Below, one piece after another: positions 57,001 to 64,000 of a DNA stretch of 64,000 bases. The translations under genes were made by a program, and so were the position numbers. Every line of letters begins with the position of its first letter. Position 1 is the first letter of the stretch. Source of the DNA: Klebsormidium nitens (taxonomy: Eukaryota > Plantae > Klebsormidiophyceae); the NCBI GenBank assembly GCA_000708835.1, contig DF237025.1, forward strand, positions 155,667-219,666, in the 5' to 3' direction. The notes under the pieces were generated by a model. It was not told where the DNA came from. It saw only the letters and a list, made by a program, of their open reading frames with translations, and did not search any database.

Positions 57001-60000
57001 TTGGATCCTTTACAAACAAAATCCTGACACGTTTCACCAACTTAGAGTGTTTCATTCTGAGAATCTGAAGGGTGTAATGGACAGTCATTCGTTTCCCTAG
57101 GTTCTGGTTTCTATTGTTCCGTTTCTGTGCAACTTTCGCCCTGCGTGTTTGCTGTTGACTTCCAAAGTCCTAGTCTATCTTCGCCAGCGGTCTTTTTGTT
57201 AGAAGTTGAGGAGTCGTTTCGAAACCAGGCTTCGCTAAACCTCTAGTCGTTCCAGTGTACTCGATCCTTGTGATAATCCAATCTTACCACACTCTCTTAT
57301 CGATTGCGATGTCGCCTTGTTTTATGCTTGTCACAGAGAAACTGCGCGAGTACCTGCAAATCGCGCAGAGCACTGGCGCTGCCGCTCTCCGGCTCATTGT
57401 TGGACAGGGATCCAACATGCTCACGGGGTCAGTCTCCCGTCCTTCTCTTTCTCAAAAACAAAGCAGGCGACGCTTGCCAGAGGATAGGAACAACGAGCGT
57501 CGTTTGCTGAGAGTTATATATTTTTTCTTTTGTTAAATGTTTAGCCGACTCTCTTCTAGCTTTGCACATGCTAATAGTAGAAGCGCTGATGCTTGTATAA
57601 GCGGTTTTTCGTCCGCTGTCTAGCAAAGTCACAGACTATATGCTGCAAACACATGAGGAGCGGAGGAGGGAGATGCGGCAGTGAAAGAGGCCAGGCAAAG
57701 CAAAACGCATTTCCGTCTAGTCCTCGAGCTGCAACAAGACCGAACCGCATCCTTCTGAAGAAGGCGGCGAGGTGACCGCACTCTGCGTTGCGACCCGCGA
57801 GTCTATGAGACCGCAAATCCTACCGCTCTTATCAGAACAGATTACTATTATCAAGCTTCGATTTCGGTGTCCAAATACTGTGAACCCAAAGGCCTAGTTA
57901 AAGATACGCCACCAAAAGTCAAGAAACCTGAAATCCTCAAGTCCCCTTCGGTCGTGTGCAGCGGCGCGACGTTGTTCGTGACGAGCTTCCGTATGGTCCT
58001 GAGCGGCGCGTTGGGCTTCGTCAACTTCACGCTCCAGGCCGGCTTCTTCCTTACCATCCTGTATGCGCTGCTGTCCGCGGGTGAGCGTCTCATCTCGAAA
58101 CCAATTCGGACAAACCCGTTTCTCCACTTTGGCAAAATTTGGGGGATACGGGTTTGGCGTCAATCGACAGCTGCTGGAATCCTTCAGTGTCCCATTTGTG
58201 GTCCGAATAGCCCTTTGAGTGTAGGGCTTTAACATTCCCTTATCCAAGCAATCAAAAGTACAAATTTTTTCATCAGTTCAAGGACGGCAATGAGCTGGCT
58301 TGAGTTCTGGCAACGCAAGACCTCACATGAAAAAACGAGCCGTGCTTTGCCTTTGCTGGTCGCAGAGGAGGGCGCCGCCTCGAGTCAGCTCCTGGGACTG
58401 CTCCCCGTCTCGGACAAGCAGAAAGCCAAGATCAGCGACGCGCTTTTCACGGCAGTAAGGCTCTCGTCTCTTGGGAAAACGAGCCCCCCGTTTCACCATG
58501 AGGCTGAGATGTTGCTGCGGTCAAAGTTGGGCATGTTTAGACGCGGAAGCGACCAATCGTTTCAGTAAATCTAAGCTCGACTGTGCGCCTCTGCTTAGGT
58601 TTAACGACGGACGACCTCTTTCCCTTTCGCCTAGAAAGGGCGCCCCAATCTCATCCGCCAAATAGAAACCTTCCCTTCGTCGGCCTTGCTAAGGGCTGCG
58701 CTTGCTGCTTCGTCCGATCCTGCCTCTCGTTCCTTAGCGTTTGCTTCTTCTCCATTTTCGCATCGACCGCGCTTCTCTCTAAACAATGATGACCATCGTC
58801 CTGTTCTTGGTTACCGGGGCTTGAGAACAACCATCGGAACGTCTGAACCATTCCCAAGTCAGTTACTCGTAAGCCATTCGAGCCTGACAAGGTCGTACGC
58901 GCGCTGCCCGTGCAGATCAGCGGCGTGTTGTTGTGCTCCGTCAAGCTGGCCCTCTTCCAGACCGCCTTCACGTGGCTCCTCTTCCGGGCCTTCCACATCC
59001 ACTTCCTGTGAGCCGCATCGCTCTTAGCGCTCTCCAAAAGGTCTCTGCGTGAGTCTTTTGCTGCATGAAAGTCAACAATAGGGGTCGATCGGCCGAGTCG
59101 GCTTCTCCTCGTTAGACGGAAGAGACATTCTCTTAGGGAGATCAAATGATTGGATTCCTTCAAAACGATGAAATTTTCTCCAGGACGAGGCAGAGACCTC
59201 TTGTCGGCAGTTCCGAGTTAGCGCACATTTCCTTCTTCCGGTACTACGGGTACGTCATCAAATCACATAGTGAATGAAGCGCTGGACGCAAGCCTGAGAC
59301 GCTGTTCCCACTGTCGCTGAATCATCCGTCTCTAAATCCTCATTTCTAAATCCCTTTCTAAATCATACCGTTTCTGAACCATACCGTTTCTGGAACAGGT
59401 ACACATGCACGTTGCTCGCTGGGTTAAACGCTGTGCTTCCGCTCTTGCCCAACTGGCTGGTGAGCTGCCTCTTCCTTCCTTACGCCGTGATTACATGAAA
59501 TCAGCGATTGCTGACCTTGAATCTCACGGAAAAATGCAGGCCCCCTCCTTCTCTGCGGGTCGAAACCCAGACAGCCATATGAGGAGTCGATGTTGACGGT
59601 CCAAATTCCGAAGGCAAAAGGCCAAGATTCGTTCTCGCGCATGATCTTCAGTTCTCACAAGAGGTGCCTCGCTACTGGTTGCTTCCCCGTTTGTCGCTTC
59701 TCAGTTGCTCCCTTTTCTGTGGCAGTCCTCTCTTCCCGCGGGGCTGCAACTAGTCGCCCGGGGAAATTACGTCGGGGGCGTCCTTCTTGTCGTTGCGCAT
59801 AACCTGGTGAGCGGCGGCCGGAGTCAAGTACTAAAAATCATTACATACCTTCCTAGATCAGAATTTCAATCCCAGAAGCTCTGCTTCATAAAGCTCCACG
59901 ATAGATTGTGGACTCTCCGTAACCTAGGGCCTGAAAGTCGTTACTCGCTGACGTTTCAATTGCAAATGTTCGTGTTTCTTGGAAGCTTCCGAACACGTCA

Positions 60001-61442
60001 CTTTGGCGCCAGTTTTTTTCGGAGATGACCGACTCCCCCCCGACTTCTCTCTCCCAGAAACATCTTCAAACCTGTCACTGTCACTGATTCTGCACGCCGA
60101 GCGCTACTTCTCGCAGACAAGCGGACGTGAGCGGCTCAGGTTCTGATCGTAAAAGCGCACCAGTATCGCCGCATCTGCTCTGAGCACGCATAAGCACACG
60201 GGTATTGTGCTCGTTAGCGGGCGTGCTCTCAATATCATCGTCACAAGTCCGCTTTGTACCGATTCGCGGACGCCTAGCCCTTATTTTGTCGTCCCTTCCT
60301 GAAGGCTTTCTTTAACATCAAAAAGTGCATATAGACCAAGTTCGTTGTAACGGACAGCATCTGAGACTGAGCCACGTGTCCGGCAAACTTTGAGACACGT
60401 GTCCGGCTGTGCAGATGTTGGGTCAAGGCTCGGACATCATTTACAGCGACACTGTCCGGGCTCCCAGCCATATCTGACGGGTGAGAGCAGCTAGGGCAGA
60501 ACTCTGGACCGCGCCACCGGAACCAGGTTTTGCCGCAGCCTAATCAGCAGCAGCCGCTCTCGAAGTTTGGATCGTATTGAAAACCTGATTGTTTGATTGT
60601 GAAGCACGGACACTCGCTTCAAGGAGGGTTCGACTGCATCCACGTTGCAGTCACCAATTGAATAGAAACTTGCTCGTCCCTTCTCAATCGGGCGGCGTCT
60701 GATTGTCTTGGGCCTTCTAGATCTCGCTGCACCGCGAAGCAGCACCACTTGCGTTTTTCGACGAGCCCAAATAGCGGGCTTTTGGTGCAAGAAATTGCTG
60801 CAAATGTCCCCGAAAGATGCACCGGGAGAGAGTGCGTAGATGAGGAGCTGCAGCACAAGAAGGTGCAAGGAATGTTGAAAAGCTTAAGGACTGGCCGCTT
60901 TTCACGCCTTGCAGGCTTGAGCGTTGTGGGTGGGATGTCGGTCTTCAGCTCGCCGATCCAGGTAATGCAGAAAGTAACGATGGTGTCTAGCTTTTATCCG
61001 TTCCTTGGAATTCGAAATATTCCCCTCCTCTAGTGGTAATCATGAACAATCACCTGCCATCCACTACGGAACAGTCCCAAAGTTCTGCTTCAACAGAAAC
61101 GCTCCTTGACTTTCTTTGAGAATCTCATTACCGCGACCGCGAGCGCACGAGTACTGAGATTGTGCTTTGGTTCCGTCAGAACAGTCTCGCCGGCTCTGCA
61201 TTGGGATATGATCTTCTGATGCAACACGCAGGCGGCCGTCGCATTCAGGGTCGCGTTGTCAGAATTTAAACAATTGTTCGCATCCGCAACATGTTTAGTT
61301 GACGTCTACTTGCTCCTTCTGACAGAATCTTTTGTATTCTGCTCGACAGGGAGCGATCTTCGGGCCTTTGATTGTGACGATCTTTGTAGCGCTTCGCAAC
61401 CTCTATTCCGAGTTCGTAGGCAATCTCGGAACTGGTGCGTGA
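51048..61442 (+). CDS. TMEM245: TMEM245-like / AI-2E-family multi-pass membrane protein, with an apparent frameshift near 51809
   Basis: Exons 51048-51124, 51754-51933, 52490-52755, 53175-53387, 54047-54259, ~54826-54912, ~55609-55750, ~56215-56244, ~57336-57426, ~57960-58080, ~58364-58453, ~58916-59007, ~59398-59460, ~59700-59806, 60915-60961, 61350-61442; at least one more exon is unresolved. Motifs NDFLQPLLWAGLC, KDSLVEFW, ARLHTLVTVGLV, KLALFQTAFTWLLFRAFHIHF, GLSVVGG, GAIFGPLIVTIFVALRNLYSEF. Confidence 0.85.
53620..54075 (+). repeat. Tandem decaying copies of the acceptor plus exon 5' start of the TMEM245-like gene
   Basis: ...tcag|gcggcagaccgc(t/g)(c/t)gctgggccagagcg with AG at 54046 (real), 53931, 53852, and weaker copies at 53743 and ~53634, each preceded by a pyrimidine tract. 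Confidence 0.85.
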
Positions 61443-62654
61443 CATCAAATTTCGAGTGCTTCCGACGCGGTAACCTGCATGCTCGATCGGGTAAACATGG
61501 CCGAATCTTACGAGACGGTCGAGGCGCATGGTAAGGTGCACTGCATGCGATCCTTTCATGCACATTGATGACCCATTGATGACAAGTTGTGTTTGCAAAA
61601 TGCATCCCCTTATCCAGCCTCGTCCCTTCGAAACGAATGCAGCTGAAGCGAGGGACCTAGGCTAGGGACTCGAAGAGTACAATTCTATGTAATTTTGGAC
61701 CACATCCCCATACTGCATGCGACATGTCTGCAACCAACGCACAAGCGCAAGTCGTCTTCGTATTAGCTGACTTTCGTATAATGCACCGTACATTTATGCT
61801 AGCCTCAAGCTCAGCATGATCCATAGCCAGCTGGGCCTTGCACTAAGCTTCCTTGACCGTGGTGTGTGAAGGCGGAGAGCTTGAAGAACTGGGACCAGCA
61901 GCTTCACGTGGAGAACGCCACTGATATGCAAAGTCAGCATGCACAATTAAGACCCATGGGCTCACGATACGCCAACACCGCATGATTGATGGGGGAAATG
62001 ATTACTATACAGTTAGAGTCATTTGAACGTGACCAGACATGCACTTCAATGCAGCTGAAATCAATTGGCGTCTATTCAACCCCTGTGATTCATATTCAAC
62101 TTACGCATAGGACGCAAGGCCTGCCAGTGCTTTGAGCACCAGAGCAGCTAGCCGCCTATTTACGAGCGCCATGATCTGCTGGGAGACGAGATTGCGTTCA
62201 GTTTACAAAGCTGGCTGTACTGTTGCAAATGCGAGCTGACCAGTCTGGAGTCTGGGTAGACGGTTTGAACGTTGCCAGATTTGCCAGGAGAGCAGAAACC
62301 AGGTTTCAACATAACCCGGCTTCTGAGTTTGAGCTTGAAAACCGTCAGCAGAACGTCGCCGGCGAGACGTTTGACACAGTCGCGTGACCTCGTGACCCAA
62401 ACGAATGTCTGGGACGAGTATTCCGTAACTCCCGTTGCAAGCGATGGATGCCCCTGGTACGTTGACCAGCACCACAAGAAACGGGTTAAGGAACCAGGCA
62501 ACGACTCGGCCACCGTCTAGATTCAGAATCAGACTCAGAGCTCCAAAACTTGTGGCAAAAGTGCATCATTTCTTCAGCTGCTCAAATTTCGAGGGGGCGC
62601 CAATCGTGCTTGGCAGTGCAAATGGCTTCTAAGAGGCAAAAACTGTCTGACAGC

Positions 62655-64000
62655 ATGGAAGAAACTGCTCGAGAAGAGAGGAATGACGAAGTTGAGCCTG
62701 GAGTCAGCGGCAGCATTGTGCCTACAGGGCCCGCCTGCTATGATTTTGCTTTTGCGTACGGCAACCCCTGCTTCAGCGACAGGATTATGTGGCTTCGGAA
62801 GTTGGAGACATTTGTTGAAGAGCAGACGCTGGTGGAAGAGGACGTGCCGATCAACAGCGCCATTCTTGCGTCCAAGAGTTCAGTGTTTCTGAACATGCTT
62901 TCCAGCGGCATGGCAGAGTCCGACAAAGATCGTCCAGTCATCATCAGGATGAGCAGCAATGACGAGAAGGGAGCTTTCCTGAGGATGCTGCGATTTGTCT
63001 ACACAGGCGAGATTACACTTTCGAGCCTCATTGGTAGGGATCGTGCAGAGGAGTTTTTGGAGCTGCTAGCGGTTGCCGACAAGTATGCGGTCAGCAGCTT
63101 GGTCAGCGCTGTCAGTGAGGTTTGGGAGAAGCTGCTCGACGATGTCGATGTGCTGCAATTTGCCGCTTTCTCTCTCCCTGAGACGTATACATCGCTGTAC
63201 CGAGAGGTGAAAAACCTGGAGGAAAAAGCTCAGGAAGCTCTCGTTCGGAGGTTCAAGGGTGTTGGCACCTGGGATGATCTGGAATTCATGAAAGTGGGCT
63301 TAGAGTCAGTCAGTTTTTTGCTGGGAAAGGAGGAGCTTGAAGCGGAATCAGAAGAGAAAGTCTTCGAGCAGACTCTAAAGTGGGTTAGAAATACTTTCAA
63401 GACCACTGAAGATCGGCAGACCGCCGTGTCGAAGCTGTGTGCACATCTGCGGTTTGCACAAATGTCGGCCGACTTTATCGAGACCCAAGTAGCAAATGCT
63501 CCCGAGATGGACTCTCTCCCCGCGCAACGTCTGATAAGAGAAGGTCTTGGTTTTGCTGCATCTTCCTTGTCGAGAAAGGCTTCGATGACGGATAGCCGGT
63601 TTCAAAAGCGAGGAGGCTTTGATTTTAGGATTTATTTCAGAGCCCTCCTAGCCGAAGATGCTGAAGTGGAAAGCCAACAGGTGTCGCCTGCTATTGTGAA
63701 CCACAATTGGAAGTGGCACCTGATGGTGAAAAGGATGGACCGGGAAGAAGAACCAAGCACTGTTGGGCTCTTCTTGGGTGCATATGAGACCTATGAGGAG
63801 CAATTTGCACAACATTCTCTCCGTGTTCAAATGAGCTTTTCTGCAAAGTCAGTGGCAGAAGGTGAATGGGTTTCACTTGAGAAGCCCCAACTGCACCTGT
63901 TTGAATCTGAGGAGAAAGACTGGGGTTATCCAAACATCTTTGGAGATTCTTGGGAAGCAATATGTAGCAACAAGAAGTGGGTGGGAGCATCTGGCGAGAT
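62655..64000 (+). CDS. BTB/POZ-BACK protein with MATH-like C-terminus (LRB/POB1-related), 3' truncated by window edge
   Basis: Manually translated open frame from ATG 62655 to the window end with no stop (448 codons; absent from the ORF track). Motifs YDFAFAYGNPCFSDRI, INSAILASKSSVFLNMLSSGMAES, FLRMLRFVYTG, LLAVADKY, SEEKVFEQTLKW, HLRFAQMS, WKWHL, VGLFL, DWGY. Confidence 0.88.
   Translation, partial: MEETAREERNDEVEPGVSGSIVPTGPACYDFAFAYGNPCFSDRIMWLRKLETFVEEQTLVEEDVPINSAILASKSSVFLNMLSSGMAESDKDRPVIIRMSSNDEKGAFLRMLRFVYTGEITLSSLIGRDRAEEFLELLAVADKYAVSSLVSAVSEVWEKLLDDVDVLQFAAFSLPETYTSLYREVKNLEEKAQEALVRRFKGVGTWDDLEFMKVGLESVSFLLGKEELEAESEEKVFEQTLKWVRNTFKTTEDRQTAVSKLCAHLRFAQMSADFIETQVANAPEMDSLPAQRLIREGLGFAASSLSRKASMTDSRFQKRGGFDFRIYFRALLAEDAEVESQQVSPAIVNHNWKWHLMVKRMDREEEPSTVGLFLGAYETYEEQFAQHSLRVQMSFSAKSVAEGEWVSLEKPQLHLFESEEKDWGYPNIFGDSWEAICSNKKWVGASGE

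Noticed and set aside
62160-62520. Short ORFs on both strands between TMEM245 and the BTB gene
   Set aside because: No recognisable domain or splice linkage; lengths are within chance expectation.

Overview
Eukaryotic nuclear DNA with spliceosomal introns and GC-rich exons; most ORF-track entries are exon fragments or antisense shadows. The gene set (class II LBD, UGP3, CGF, ASHH1, LRB/POB1-type BTB) fits a streptophyte green alga such as Klebsormidium (inference, not a database result). Nine genes were reconstructed by hand from splice sites and reading frame: a ~1,556-aa protein fusing a CURT1/CAAD-like membrane domain to a giant coiled coil with a C-terminal AT-hook (-), a CGF/UreH-like plastid transporter (+), UGP3 (+), beta-ureidopropionase PYD3 (-), an ASHH1/SDG26-like SET methyltransferase (+), a class II LBD factor (-), SART3/Prp24 (-), a TMEM245-like protein with an apparent frameshift (+), and an intronless BTB-BACK gene running off the right edge (+). 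Three non-autonomous DNA transposons have clear inverted termini and target-site duplications (CACAG/3-bp, Harbinger-like/3-bp, piggyBac-like/TTAA). Four genes have introns containing decaying tandem copies of their own splice site. No tRNA, rRNA or CRISPR array was seen. Family assignments rest on remembered motifs and need database confirmation.
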